Assembly (NCBI RefSeq): GCF_006345805.1
Contig: NC_042998.1
Coordinates: forward strand, 18,662,001-18,726,000
Origin: Octopus sinensis
Lineage: Eukaryota
DNA length: 64,000 bases
Direction of reading: 5' to 3'
Shown: piece by piece, positions 49,815-63,157 of the stretch
Position numbering within the stretch: position 1 is the first letter of the stretch
Layout: the number at the start of each line of letters is the position of its first letter
Position numbers and translations under genes: made by a program
The notes under the pieces: model-generated
Database searches by the model: none
The model's input: only the letters and a program-made list of their open reading frames with translations
Told to the model about the DNA's origin: nothing

Positions 49815-51291
49815 AGACATCTCAAATGAGTTGATAGCAAATTTATATTTCATAGTGTCGCATCTTTATGATCTCGGATATTTCTACACTTTTATTTATA
49901 CAGGTTTAAATACTAAATCGTGCACTCAAAAATTCTCGGTTGAAAACATGACCCATTCGTTATAAAAGAGAAAACGAGATAGACAGGTATTAGAGAAAAG
50001 GAGAATGGAAAAGATGCGATTTCATACACGTTTAAATCGATGCGCACGTTGATGCATGTACAAAAGCTAACCTACAAGCATACATGGAAACCCATTCACT
50101 CGTGAAGATGTAGAAGCATATACACAGAAGCAAGCACACACATATTCATACACGTGAGTGTCTTCTATCGAATCTTTTCAAAATCGAAATAATATATCAC
50201 TGAAAGGATGGCAAGGAGTGAGGATTTAAAAGTATGCCATTTGAGTTTGTTTTCTGTATCTTATTGGTTCTATTGTCGTCGATGTTTTGTTTTCATTGAT
50301 TTGTCTTTGTGAAAAAATTAATACTTTGCGTGGGATATATACAATGTTATTTGTGTAACTCGTCTTCGATCCGTTCCAGTTAGTATAAATGTTTATAACG
50401 TACGTACACTGTCTTAATTTTCTCTGGAGACGAGTAAAATCCAATATATTGAATACACGAAGTACTTATGGAACATGCAACACTGAAAGTGTGAGCGGAT
50501 TTAGATTTGAAATCTGCATATAAATTGAAGTGAATAAGAATAAACGGTGAAAGACATTTTCTCTATCGCCTCTAGTGCCAATCGACTGTTCCTATTTCTA
50601 ATGTTCGTGTTATATTTTAGCCCCATGTCAACTTAAGGAAAGTTCACTCTTAAGCAAAGTGCATTCTACTCCCATATAACATGTTATGACTTTATTATAT
50701 GTCATTCCTCCTCATTTAAGAGAACTATGGAGTGGTTTGAAGAGAATTTTGCTGTAATTTCTAGTACCTCCTAGAACTACATAAATGATAACTCATTGTG
50801 TCAATTGTCCCTGTTTAAAAACATAAGGCGTGTGAGTAAAATACGACAGTCTCTCTATTCATTGGCAATGCAGTCTTTAGAACAAAGAGCGATTGTTACG
50901 ATCTCTAAACATTTATAGGACAAGTCTGCACATACTTTGACAGGAGAAAACAATCAATTACAGTGACGTCAGTTCTGTACTTTCAGTGCGTGCTTTGTTC
51001 TAATCGACAACGAAACAATGAAAGTCAAAATCGAACTCGCTCAGGTTTGATTTCAAAATATAACAGGATATAACTGAATAACTGCTAAATGTAGAGATCA
51101 GAAATAGTTTACAAATGCAAATAGTTTATAAAAGATGCAAATTAAAAGGAAGGGAATGTCACCTGGAACGGGGTTTCTGAACCCTTTTTTTTTTTACCCG
51201 TGGACACCTTTTGATTTCTATTTTACCTGGATGTACACTCCTAGCCCTTCAATGTTTATAATATTATATTCTTATGATCAAGTATCATATA

Positions 51292-51695
51292 GGCGTAGAA
51301 GTGGCTGTGTGGTAATTAGCTTGCTTACCAACCTCATGGTTCCGGGTTCAGTCGCACTGTGTGGCACCTTGGGCAAGTGTCTTCTACTATAGCCTCGGGT
51401 CGACCAAAGCCTTGTGAGTTGATTTGGTAAACGGAAACTGAAAGAAGCCCGTCGTATATGCATATGTGTGTATATGTTTGTGTGTCTGTGTTTGTCTCCC
51501 CCACCCACCAACATCGCTTGACAACCGATGCTAGTGAATTTATGTCCCCGTAACTTAGCGTTTTGGCAAAAGAACCCGATAGAATAAGTACTAGGCTTCC
51601 AAAGAATATGTCCTGGGGTCGATTTGCTCGACTAAAGGCGATGCTCCTTCATGGCCACAGTCAAATGACTGAAACCAGTAAAAGAGTTAAAGAGC
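51292..51695 (+). mobile_element. SINE type C
   Basis: Matches the 14130 family. Confidence 0.9.
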
Positions 51696-52235
51696 ATTAT
51701 TAAGAATTGTATTTTAAAAATTAGTAAAATATTTTGTGTACTGTAGAAGTATAACAAATTCATTGCAGATAAATTTCAACCACAGAATCCTATAAGGACC
51801 CCCAAGGGTGATATAGACCCACTGTCTTAGAAAATCGTTCAAGTCCATCTTCCATCGTGGAAGACAGAATATAAACTTATATGTTTTGTTGAGATTATAT
51901 TTTATAAATATGAATAGGAAAGATAATAATGCAATGATTCGTGAAACTTCAGTGCGAGATAAAGATCAGGTCAACGCGTTTATTGGAAGAGTATGTGAGA
52001 GTAACTCCAAGAGATGCGAGGCAAAGATACACCTAGAACGGTTGTAGCGGTATCTGTTGTGGTAACGTGCCTAATTTGAAAACAGAATGGGGAGAAAAAG
52101 AGGTAAAATATGGGTTATAAGAGCCTGCACATTCACTGCGAATGTCTGTCTATTGGGAATACCACAACGTAAAGAGGTAAAAAAGATGGAGATCAATGTA
52201 CACAGAAGAAAAACCTGAAAACTATATATATGTAA

Positions 52236-52285
<50 letters not shown>

Positions 52286-52370
52286 TATATACATACATAT
52301 ACATATATATATATATAATATACATACATACATATACATATATTATATGTGTGTATGTATGTATGTATGT

Positions 52371-52404
<34 letters not shown>

Positions 52405-52626
52405 ACATATATATATATGTATTTGTATATATATATATGCATACATATACAAACACACACATACGATACTTATATATACATATATAAGCACACATACAGG
52501 CGTATATATAAGCATAAAAACACCTGTATACAAATATTTATGTATACATATATATGTATTTGGACACCAATCTATGTATCTCTATGTGTGTGTGTGTCTG
52601 TACAACTCTGTGCGGCTAATAAAGAA

Positions 52627-52664
<38 letters not shown>

Positions 52665-52712
52665 AAACAAGTCAGGGTAGAAAATGCTAAAATAATTTTA
52701 TAAAGAACATTT

Positions 52713-52748
52713 CAGTACCGGTTTCAGTCATTAAGACCTTTTCAACTG
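52713..52748 (-). ncRNA. Minimal type-I hammerhead-like motif with compensatory U3-A8 core
   Basis: CAG UUGAAAA GGUC-UUAAU-GACU GAAA CC GG UA CUG, within a ~260-bp unit (52661-52920) bounded by (TA)n. Confidence 0.65.
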
Positions 52749-52916
52749 TAACAATTAAATAATTAAATTTAGAAAAATTAAAAGAAAAGTTTTTTTAAAA
52801 GAATATTTGTATAGTGTTCAAATACAAGTGGCGTTATCCTTGTTTCTGCCTTTCTCTGTCTCTCTTGTTTACTCTTACTATGCGAAAATATAACATCCGG
52901 AATTAAACACGATGAA

Positions 52917-52955
<39 letters not shown>

Positions 52956-53013
52956 GATACGAGGCGAAAATGTAACATCCGGAATTAGACACACAATGAA
53001 AACTATTATATAT

Positions 53014-53055
<42 letters not shown>

Positions 53056-53451
53056 CATACATCGTCGTACGTAGTTGAACTGAACGCATATAACCAGTAT
53101 CTACTCGTTTAATTGTTTCTATAAATAGCGAAATTCATTTTAAATATTCTAAAAGTACTAAACAAAGGAAAAATCATCTAGAGATGTGGGTGTCCTATAT
53201 CATATATATATTTCTGAAGGTGTAGATCGAGGTGCATATTAATACATAATCAATATTCGATTTTTCCAAACAGCTGCATGAGCTGTGTATTATGTACACA
53301 CTCCCACATACAATAATTACATAAATTATTATTCATTAGTTACGTTTTTTAAGTAGTAGTAGTAGTAGTAGTAACGGTTCACCGTCTGTTTCGATGATTA
53401 CTTTTATTCCGTAGCTCCATCGGCTCTACTGTTTGTTTTTTCTTTTTTTTT

Positions 53452-53754
53452 AGCGCGCTTTTCAAGCCTAGCCAGGCTCATGGGCCCGGTTTTCCCTGTT
53501 TCTGTAGCGTATTTGTTCCCCCCAGCTGGATGGGATGCCAGTCCATCGCATCATTACCCAAGAAACAAGAAAAAAGGGTGAGAGAAAGTTGGGGCGAAAG
53601 AGTACAACAGGGGTTGCCAATAGCCCCTGCCGGAGCCTTGTGGAGCTTTAGGTGTTTTCGCTCAATAAACACACACAACACCCGGTCTGGGAATCGATAC
53701 CGCGATCGTCCGACAGCGAGTCCGCTACCCTAACCACTGGGCCATTGCACCTCC
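53452..53754 (-). mobile_element. SINE, R head plus V-like tail (b)
   Basis: Reverse complement of 43091-43404. Confidence 0.9.
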
Positions 53755-54044
53755 TCTACTATTTCTTGTAGTGTCTAAATGGTTGAAATTGAAAGCTTCT
53801 AGATGATTTATAAATTTAGCGTAAGGCAGACACAGCAGCGTTGTCGAAACGTTTGTTGTAGGTTAGCCTTTATATTGTTATCGTTATATATCGGATGCAC
53901 GTCTCCACACATTCCGTATATCTGATTACATTTTGAAGGCATGGATCGACCGAAAGTCATGGCAAATTACAATTGAAATGCCAAAATGCTGAGGAATATA
54001 TAACGAAGTTCCTTCGCTATTCAAACATGCTGTAACAAATTTAA

Positions 54045-54090
<46 letters not shown>

Positions 54091-54144
54091 GAACAATCTT
54101 ACTTAGAAATGGATGCGTGCGTTCCGTCATATAATAAATTAAAA

Positions 54145-54392
54145 ATAAATAAAACATATGCATATATACATACATATATGTACGTACCTACCTCTACATG
54201 TATGTATACATTCATATATGGGTACAGGACACCAAAAAAAAAACGTCGAACACAATGAGAAACGAAAACATAAACACAAAACCAAGGAAATGGACATATT
54301 TTTGGTGTCCTGTACCCATATATGCATGTATATATACATGTAGAGTTAGGTACGTACATATATGTATGTATATATGCATATGTTTTATTTAT
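54145..54392. mobile_element. Fold-back element: 94-bp inverted arms, 60-nt spacer
   Basis: 54145-54238 versus the reverse complement of 54299-54392: 3 mismatches; partial copies elsewhere in the window. Confidence 0.8.
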
Positions 54393-54463
54393 GTATATAT
54401 ATGTATGTATATATATTACATACATATATACGCATACACATATTCCTTTATTCTTTTACTTAT

Positions 54464-54900
54464 AGTCATTTGATGGTGGCCATGCAGGAGCAATGCCTTA
54501 AAGGGTTTTAGCCGAGGAAATCGACCCCAGGACTTATTCATCGTAAATCTAATACTTATTATTCTATCTTTTGCCGAACTGCCAGTTACGAGGACGTAAA
54601 CACACCAACATCAGTTGTCAAGTGGTGGGGGTAGAAAAACAGACACAAAGATAGACAGACATCAATATATCCATCCATCCATCCATTCATACATACATGC
54701 ATACATACAAGCATATATACATACATACATACATACATACAAACATACACGCACACACACGATGGCAGTCTTTCAGTTTCCCCTCTACCAAATCCACTCA
54801 CAAGGCTTTGATCGGCCCGAGGCTATAGTAGAAGACACCTAATGTGCCATGCGGTGGAACTGAACACAGAACCATGTGATTGGGAAGCAAGTTTCGGTGT
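54464..54900 (-). mobile_element. SINE type C, diverged
   Basis: Reverse complement of the 14130 family. Confidence 0.8.
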
Positions 54901-55082
54901 GGTAGTGTATTAGCGTATATCTACATGCATGCTCAAATTTCCATATATGAGTGATTGTGTGTGGAGAGACGCTAAGCGCAGAGAGAGATTGAGGGTGAAT
55001 GATAGAGAGAAAGGGAGATAGAGTAAGGGAGAGATAGAGAGAAAGAGCGGAAGACAACGCATTCCATATACGTACATATTTA

Positions 55083-55406
55083 AAGACTCCGCCGGTTACG
55101 ACGACGAGGGTCCCAGCTGATACGATCAACCTAACAGCTTGCTCGTGAAATTAACGTGCAAATGGCTGAGTATTCCGCAGACACGTGTACCCTTAACGTA
55201 GTTCTCGGGGATAATCAGCGTGACACGGAGAGTGACAAGGCTGACCCTTTGAAATACAAGTACAACTCATTTTTGCCAGCTGAGTGGACTGGAGCAACGT
55301 GAAATAAAGTGTCTTGCTCAAGGACACAACGCGTCGCCGGGAATCGAACTCACAACCTTACGATCATGAGCTGAATGCCCTAACCACTAAGCCACGCGCC
55401 CTCACT
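55083..55406 (-). mobile_element. SINE, K head plus tail a, with TSD
   Basis: 14-bp TSD tacgtacatattta at 55069-55082 and 55407-55420. Confidence 0.92.
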
Positions 55407-55687
55407 TACGTACATATTTAGACGCATATCAGACGCATATTCTTCGCTTCGGTAGAAATAAAATACGAGGATCTGTTAACTAGGACAGTATTCAACATAT
55501 TTCCCTCTCAGATTCACACATTTATTGCAGCAACCCTCCAATTTATCAAAGTCCTCTAAAAGAACTCGGAAGTAGGCCATCCAGCCAAGCCTTTCTCGAT
55601 AGCCTTAAAACCAGGAACATTTCAGAAAACTTTGTGTGTATATGTGTGTGTATCTGTGTGTATACATACACATACAAACACACACAG

Positions 55688-56007
55688 ATATACTGCTGTG
55701 TCTGGAGAGAGTCATTCTCTTTTTGTGTTTTATAATGTAACACACTCACCGGTAAAATTTCCACTTATTTCTTATTTTTATTTTCCTAAAATGTTCGTTG
55801 TGTCTTGCAACCTTTTCAATAGCCTTGACTCTGTCCAAGGAACGAAGTGTAAATAACAGACAGAGTAATGACTATTGAAAAAGTTGCAAGAGGCAACGAA
55901 AATTTTGGGAAAATAAAAATAAGAAATAAGTGGAAAATTTACCGGTGAGTGTGTTACGTTATAAGGCATTAAAAGAAAATGACTCTCCCCAGACTCAACA
56001 GAATATA
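55688..56007. repeat. Fold-back palindrome: ~135-148-bp arms, 23-nt spacer
   Basis: 55702-55835 aligns with the reverse complement of 55859-55992, roughly 85-90% identical. Confidence 0.88.
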
Positions 56008-56057
56008 CTTCAACACACGAACTCATATAAAGAATCTTGCAAACCAAATCCAAAAAC

Positions 56058-56104
<47 letters not shown>

Positions 56105-56604
56105 GAGAGAGAGAGAGAGAGAGATTGGTTGATTGATATATTAATTGAATTTAGATATACATCCCAGTGCAAACACACTCAAATGCATCAGGTTTTGACT
56201 TGAGTACTATCCACAAATGGGTCATTCCTAACACGCTCCTTATGTTTATATGTATAAATCATGTCCTATCCCAAACAATTACAGCAACATTTGATACAAC
56301 TTAAAATTCGTAATGAAATTGACACAGAAACCTATATTATCATGAACAGGACATTTTTAATGTCTTACTTTATTCCATACACAACCACAAGTAATCAAAC
56401 ATGTAAATAGATCTACAGCACACAAAAACATATGCATAAGCTCAAACAACTTTGACATATGTCTATGTATGCAAAACTAAATGTATATATATTCGCACCC
56501 ATATGCATATACACTCATATTTTATGATAAAAATAACCATACACAAACACTACATATCTTTTATCCTTTTCAGTTTCAGCTTAAAAATACAGGAACGATA
56601 ATAG

Positions 56605-56635
<31 letters not shown>

Positions 56636-56919
56636 TGTTGTTTGTTCCTTCTCAAGCCATTCCTGGCTCATTAGGGCCGGTTTCCCGGTTTTCTTGGCGT
56701 ATAGGTCCCCCACCTGGACGGGACGCCGGTCCGTCGCAGGTGAGTTGCTAGATGCAGGAGGAAAGAGTGAGAGAAAGTTGTGGCGAAAGAGTCAGCAGAA
56801 GTTTCGCCATTACCTTCTGCCGGAGCCGCGTGGAGCTTAGGTGTTTCGCTCATAAACACACATCACCCGGTCTGAGATTCGAACCCACGATCCCTCAACC
56901 GCGAGTTCACTGCTCTAAC
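56636..56919 (-). mobile_element. SINE, R2 head variant plus V-like tail, 5'-clipped
   Basis: Matches 49497-49814. Confidence 0.88.
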
Positions 56920-57850
56920 TACATACATATATATATATATACATGCAGGAATTCTTGTATATGAGTAAAGGAAAGCATGGGTAAGATTAAGAGTTACAGA
57001 ATGCCATAGTGAAACTAAACTAAAAAGAGAAAGAACGTGAGGGAAGAAGAGAAATGGAGAGAGAAAAAGAAAGAGGCAGAGTAAGAGAAAGAAAACAAGG
57101 GCAAAATGTTGGTCGGGGGAAAGAGTTAGAAAGAACGGTGCCTAGGTAATGAAGTCACAGCACCCTATCCGTAGCTTCGACAGAAGAAATTTCTTTGTCT
57201 TTGTAGAGAGGTTGCTGTTTACTATTCAAAAACACAAATTTTATCATAGAATGTTGCGACAAGTTTTGCCAAATGCTCATATATTCATTCACAAATAGTG
57301 ATGAATGACGCACATAGAGAGGCAAAGTGAAGGAGAGGGTAGGGCTGAAGGAGAAATAAACTGGGGAGTACAGAAAACTAAGAGGGATGAATTGTATTCG
57401 CATGTGTTCTCACGACCAAAATGACATATGCCTACCGTTCAGGAAAGGGCGCTATAAATAACTCATGGACTTTATTGTTTTGCACGTTGGCTCAGTGTCA
57501 AAACATCTAAGGGATAAGAAGGATTGAAGAATATTGAATCACGAATGAAATCGTATGGGTCGATGTTTCTTATATCCTTCAAGGATTCGTGGGAAAGTCT
57601 GCAAAGAAAATTGCGTAACTTCAAAGTGAAAAAAATATATGATAATAGACAATTCTCTTAAATTCATACCAGCAGTGAAAATACATTTAACGATTGGAAT
57701 TTTAATAGCAGACACAAACAATTTCATCCAAAATTGTCACAATAAATTCCAATTTCATTTGATATATCCGACTGAATGAATATTAACGCAAACACACATA
57801 TATATTGATAAATATACTTATGCATATATATATATATATATATATATATT

Positions 57851-58047
57851 CTAGGTCTGATCAATAAGTATCCGGATTGTTGCCATGGTAACGAATCTAA
57901 AGCACGAAGAGTGAAGTCACTCGGCAAAGAATGACCTTGAACCCTGTTGTGCATGTGCACTAAGTTTTAACGTTCTAGCTTACTTCTGCTGCTTATAACA
58001 GGAAGTTGTGTAGTGTGTGGTCGTCACATTGACCATGACAGAGAAAG
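57851..58047 (+). mobile_element. Mariner-like transposon 5' end (TIR, leader, first codons MTEK)
   Basis: Starts after (TA)n with ctaggtctgatcaataagtatccgga, resembling mariner TIRs I recall; ATG at 58035; truncated. Confidence 0.5.
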
Positions 58048-58075
58048 ATGTCATGACGATACCTGCTCAGACGCC

Positions 58076-58244
58076 GAAGTTGTGGCGAAAGAGTACAGCA
58101 GAGATCACCACCACCTTTTGCCGGAGCCTCGTGGAGCTCTAGGTGTTTTCGCTCAATAAACACTCACAACGCCCGGTCTGGGAATCGAAACGGCGATCCT
58201 ACGACCGTGAATCCGCTGCCCTAACCACTGGGCCATTGCACCTC

Positions 58245-58246
<2 letters not shown>
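58076..58246 (-). mobile_element. SINE R head only
   Basis: Matches the 5' half of 15143. Confidence 0.85.
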
Positions 58247-58289
<43 letters not shown>

Positions 58290-59650
58290 GCAAACTCGTT
58301 TGGGCTTAGCAGCCCTTCCTGTTTGTTTTCACTGTCCTGTTTGTGTTACCGATTTTGACCCTCCACAAAATCCCAAATTCTATATAATTTGCTTTGTGGG
58401 AGCAACTGTTTCATCGAAAGCGTATATTTTTGTTAAATGCTCGAAATACGAGACTAGAAAAACAGTCAACAACTTAGGAATCGTCGTCCTTTATGTTGTT
58501 TGTCTTCTTTTCCATTTGTGCCTTTCGTTGTTCGAAAAAATAGTTCATATTCCATGTACTCGTACTTCGTATTTTTATCTTGTACACTTTTCATGACGTC
58601 CTCTGCCCACATACGCATATATATACGTATATATGTAATTAGGTACATGTACGTATGTATATATGCATTTTTATATATATATATATATATATATTATTCA
58701 TATTATAAGTATATGAATGTAGGTGTGTATGTATACGTATATATAAACAAGTAAATATATGCACTTACATAAGTATGGATGTAAAATAATATATGTATGT
58801 ACATATATTTCCATATGTATATATGCTCATGAATATATATACATGTATATTCATGCAAAAAATATATATATATATCGATATACACATCCACACATGTTTA
58901 GTTACATATAGGCACATAGTGACATATATGGATTTATTAATAATCTTAAATATTTATGTTCAATATATGTGTATGTGTTTATATATATATATATACATAC
59001 ATATAAATGTATGTGCATATATATATACATATAAATGTATGTATATATATATATGTTTGTGTATTTTTCCAATGTTTACAAATAACACGGAAAAAATAAA
59101 TAAATATATATTTTCCAGGGTAGCAAAAAATCACACGAGTACCAAGGATGTAACAGCCTACTTATAAAGGTAGAAACTCCAGGTGTAGGTGAAATGTTTT
59201 TGTATAATATAGATAAATAAATAACTGCAGTTAAACGCAGGTGTTATTCAAATGTTTTTTTACTTCCGACATAAGATTCAAAGAAAACATTGTTATTATT
59301 CCAGAAGGAATAAAATGGTACAAAATAATGCAACCTTCTCATCAGGGAAAGAAAGCACCAAACACATCAATAAGACGTTTTAACAGAATGTGATGAGTGC
59401 GTATATGATGAAGGGAACGCTAGCAAGTTTTTGTTTAAAAAACAACCGTTAATAGATATAACGTCAAAGGTAGTTTATAGAAAGAAATTAGCAGAAAACT
59501 AATAGTCGAGACATATAGAGCGATAGGAGAATAGGAATAAAGCTTAAATGTATGGAAGCAGATATATTTAGTGGAAGTGAAATGTGAGAAGATAGTCAAA
59601 GGTCGAATTTTATAGAATGTTAGAAATCACTTAAAGGAACTAAAGGTATA

Positions 59651-60066
59651 GGCGCAGGAGTGGCTGTGTGGTAAGTAGGATGCTTACCAACCACATGGTT
59701 CCGGGTTCAGTCCCACTGCGTGGCATCTTGGGCAAGTGTCTTCTGCTTTAGCCTCGGGCCGACCAAAGTTTGTGAGTGGATTTGGTAGACGGAAACTGAA
59801 AGAAGCCCGTCGTATATATGTATCTATATATATATATATACGTGTGTGTGTTTGTGTGAGTGTGTTTGTCCCCCTAGCATTGCTTGACAACCGATGCTGG
59901 TGTGTTTATGTCCCCGTTACTTAGCGGTTCGGGAAAAAGAGACCGATAGAATAAGTACTGGGCTTACAAAAGAATAAGTCCCGGGGTCGAGTTGCTCGAT
60001 TAAAGGCGGTGCTCCAGCATGGCCGCAGTCAAATGACTGAAACAAGTAAAAAAGTAAAAGAGAGTA
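59651..60066 (+). mobile_element. SINE type C
   Basis: Matches the 14130 family. Confidence 0.9.
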
Positions 60067-60080
60067 TGCTTTTGCCAATG

Positions 60081-60322
60081 TTGAACAAGACACTTTATTT
60101 CCCGTTGTTCCAGTTCACTCAGCTGGCAAAAATGAGTTGTACCCGTATTTCAAAGGGCCAGCCTTGTCACACTCAGTGTTACGCTGAATCTCCCTCAGAA
60201 CTGCGTTAGGGGTACACGTGTCTGTGGAGTGCTCAGCCACTTCCACGTTAATTTCACGAGCAAGCTGTTCCGTTGGTCGAATCAGCTGGAACCCGCGTCG
60301 TCATAACCGACGCAGTGCTCCT
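60081..60322 (+). mobile_element. 5'-truncated SINE, K body plus tail a
   Basis: ctcagctggcaaaaatgagttgtacc...ccgacgcagtgctc. Confidence 0.85.
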
Positions 60323-60349
60323 TTATACATACATACATACATACATACA

Positions 60350-60385
<36 letters not shown>

Positions 60386-60525
60386 TATACATACACACAT
60401 ACATACACACATACATATATATATATACATACACACATACATACACACATATATATATACATACACACATACATACACACATACATACTATATACATATA
60501 CATACACACCTACTCACACACACAC
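60323..60525. repeat. (TACA)/(CA)/(TA) array
   Basis: Direct reading. Confidence 0.95.
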
Positions 60526-60599
60526 ATGTGAGTCAACATGTATGCATGCGTATATTTAGCTTTACATTTATGTATATATGAAAATGTGTGTTTAGAAAC

Positions 60600-60830
<231 letters not shown>

Positions 60831-61430
60831 GAATTTCACATTTATGGAACGGAACACATTTCACATCACTCTATGAACGATTGTGGCTTAACAAATATCA
60901 GAACGACTAGAATTTTGCCAGTTCATATCTCTTCGTTAAGATTCTTGAGATTGGTTCTGCAGTTCCATTGGAAACTTTATTTTGGGTTCATTACTCATTC
61001 GTTGCCTGTGTCTTCCTTTATAATTCTTGTTCGTTCATTGCTCCGTTGACCAATGAGCTAATCTTAAACGATCAGTGTTTGTTTTTGGACATTATCAATA
61101 CATGATTACATAACTGAACTCACCTCATTGAAAGACACTTGGTGAATCAAATATATTTTTTTGTGCGATTTATACTAGGGCATGTTAACCCTTAGCTCTA
61201 GTCATTTTGACATTTTCTGTGAGTATAATGGAATAATAAAAAGAAATAATAGACTGTTTTCTTTCACATCTTACAAGAGAGCGTTCAGTGAAGACAAATA
61301 TAGAAAGTACACAAACAATCATAAAAACGTTAATTCCCCAGTAAATATAACATGTATACCTTATTGAAGTGGTTGTTCATGTTAATATGTGAAACATGAA
61401 TCTATATGATTACACACACATGCACATACT

Positions 61431-61466
<36 letters not shown>

Positions 61467-62024
61467 CATACAGAGAGAGAAAGAGAGAGAGATAAATACA
61501 TATAGATACACACGCAAACATAATGCATATAAATATACATATATACGTATACATTTAAGCATGTATACGTATATCTATATGCGAGTGTCTGTATTGGTGT
61601 TTGTGTGTCTTTGTCTCAGAGTTAGAGTGTGGGAGTGTGTATATGTGAGTGTGTGGGTGTGTTTGTGTGTCACATATTCACACACACATATCTATTTCTC
61701 TTATACTCCTGTCTTAGAAAGACCTTTTTCTTCACCCATCCCTTCCGGTCATTTCAAAATGTAACCACATGTGAATCGTTGGCGATTTTCTTCTTCCGTC
61801 TCGCTTCTATTGGACTTTGTTCTCTTTCCAAACAAGAGTCTCTGCTCGAAAGATTAAGCCATCTTTCTTTCCCTGAGCGTCTGCTAATACATTCCATGTA
61901 TCACTTCCTCACATTGGTGTGTGTTTCGTTTTATATTTGAACATATATATATATATACATATACATGCACATACATTCACACACACACATACAGGTTTTT
62001 TCGTTTCAATCTGAGGACAGTATA

Positions 62025-62641
62025 TAAGAATCAAACATCCAGTCAACATCATGGTATTTAGAGTGATCACTAGTGATGACGACGTTATGCCTCCATTCAT
62101 CTTCCCACACGGCTTCAGATTCGACACGAATGCCTACATCAAGTGTTTGGAGGCGGTAGTTCTGCCCTGGGTCAAGAGGGTAGCTGCTGGAAGACCCTAT
62201 GTCTGGCAACAGGACTCTGCACCATGCCACACAAACATGAGAATCCAGTCATGGCTGTCCGACAATTTCTGAGACCACAAAACACCTAATATCCGGCCAC
62301 TTAACTCCCCAGACTGCAACCTCTTTGATTATTGTGCCGGAAGCAGTTGAGCGAGAGACCAACAAAACTCCTTGTAAAATCAAAGATGAGCTAAAAGCAT
62401 GGATTATGGCAGCATTCACCAACTTCAACAAAGACACAATTCACGAGAGTTGTAGGAGAATCAAAAGGCATCTGAAGGTCGTCATTGAAGATAAATGGGA
62501 TTTTAGCAACTAAATTTTAGCGACTCTTTAGTATTTCACAGTATTCGTACGTAATTTTGGTGAATATATCTGTTAACATGAGATGTCAAAATTAATTTCA
62601 TTTTAGCCTAATTTAGACGGCAATATATTAACCGTATCTTG
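62025..62641 (+). mobile_element. Decayed IS630-Tc1-mariner transposon, DD37D (maT) type: 3' half plus right TIR
   Basis: KHPVNIMVF...YVWQQD-37 residues-D(Y) (SAPCH...NSPDCNLFDY), one in-frame stop, then a frameshift to EAVERETNKTP...; ends ...ccgtatcttg|TA. Confidence 0.85.
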
Positions 62642-62772
62642 TATATATACTATATATATATATTATATATATATATATCACACACATATCAAACATATAG
62701 ATATATTTGTACGCTTACACATACATGCAGAATACATACATACATACATAGTTATGGGGGTGCTGGAACATG

Positions 62773-62872
62773 NNNNNNNNNNNNNNNNNNNNNNNNNNNN
62801 NNNNNNNNNNNNNNNNNNNNNNNNNNNNNNNNNNNNNNNNNNNNNNNNNNNNNNNNNNNNNNNNNNNNNNNN
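62773..62872. other. Assembly gap (100 N)
   Basis: Direct reading. Confidence 1.
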
Positions 62873-63157
62873 GATTGAACTATAATCCATATAGTTTCAA
62901 ATTTACAGTATGTGTCGATCGATACACTTCTTGATTGCATGAATGAGTTATATTTTTATGCATACCTTCCAGAAGTATAATATTCCTGAATCTTCATAGC
63001 AACGGGATAGGATATCGATACTATTTCAGTAACAGAATGAGGTGTTATTCATAGTGCTATGACGTTAATAAAATTTGTAGCACTAATATATCACACATAC
63101 ATACGATCACATACGTTAACACATGCGTACGCTCCTACAAACACATACGCATTTATA

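Noticed and set aside
59281-59350. Minus-strand CUGAUGA followed by a GAAGG/CCUUC helix
   Set aside because: GAAA is replaced by UGGAA and neither helix III nor helix I forms; at best a decayed hammerhead.
61111-61219. Minus-strand segment with a good CAG acceptor and a GTGAGT donor
   Set aside because: All three frames contain stops; it could only be a non-coding exon and nothing supports that.
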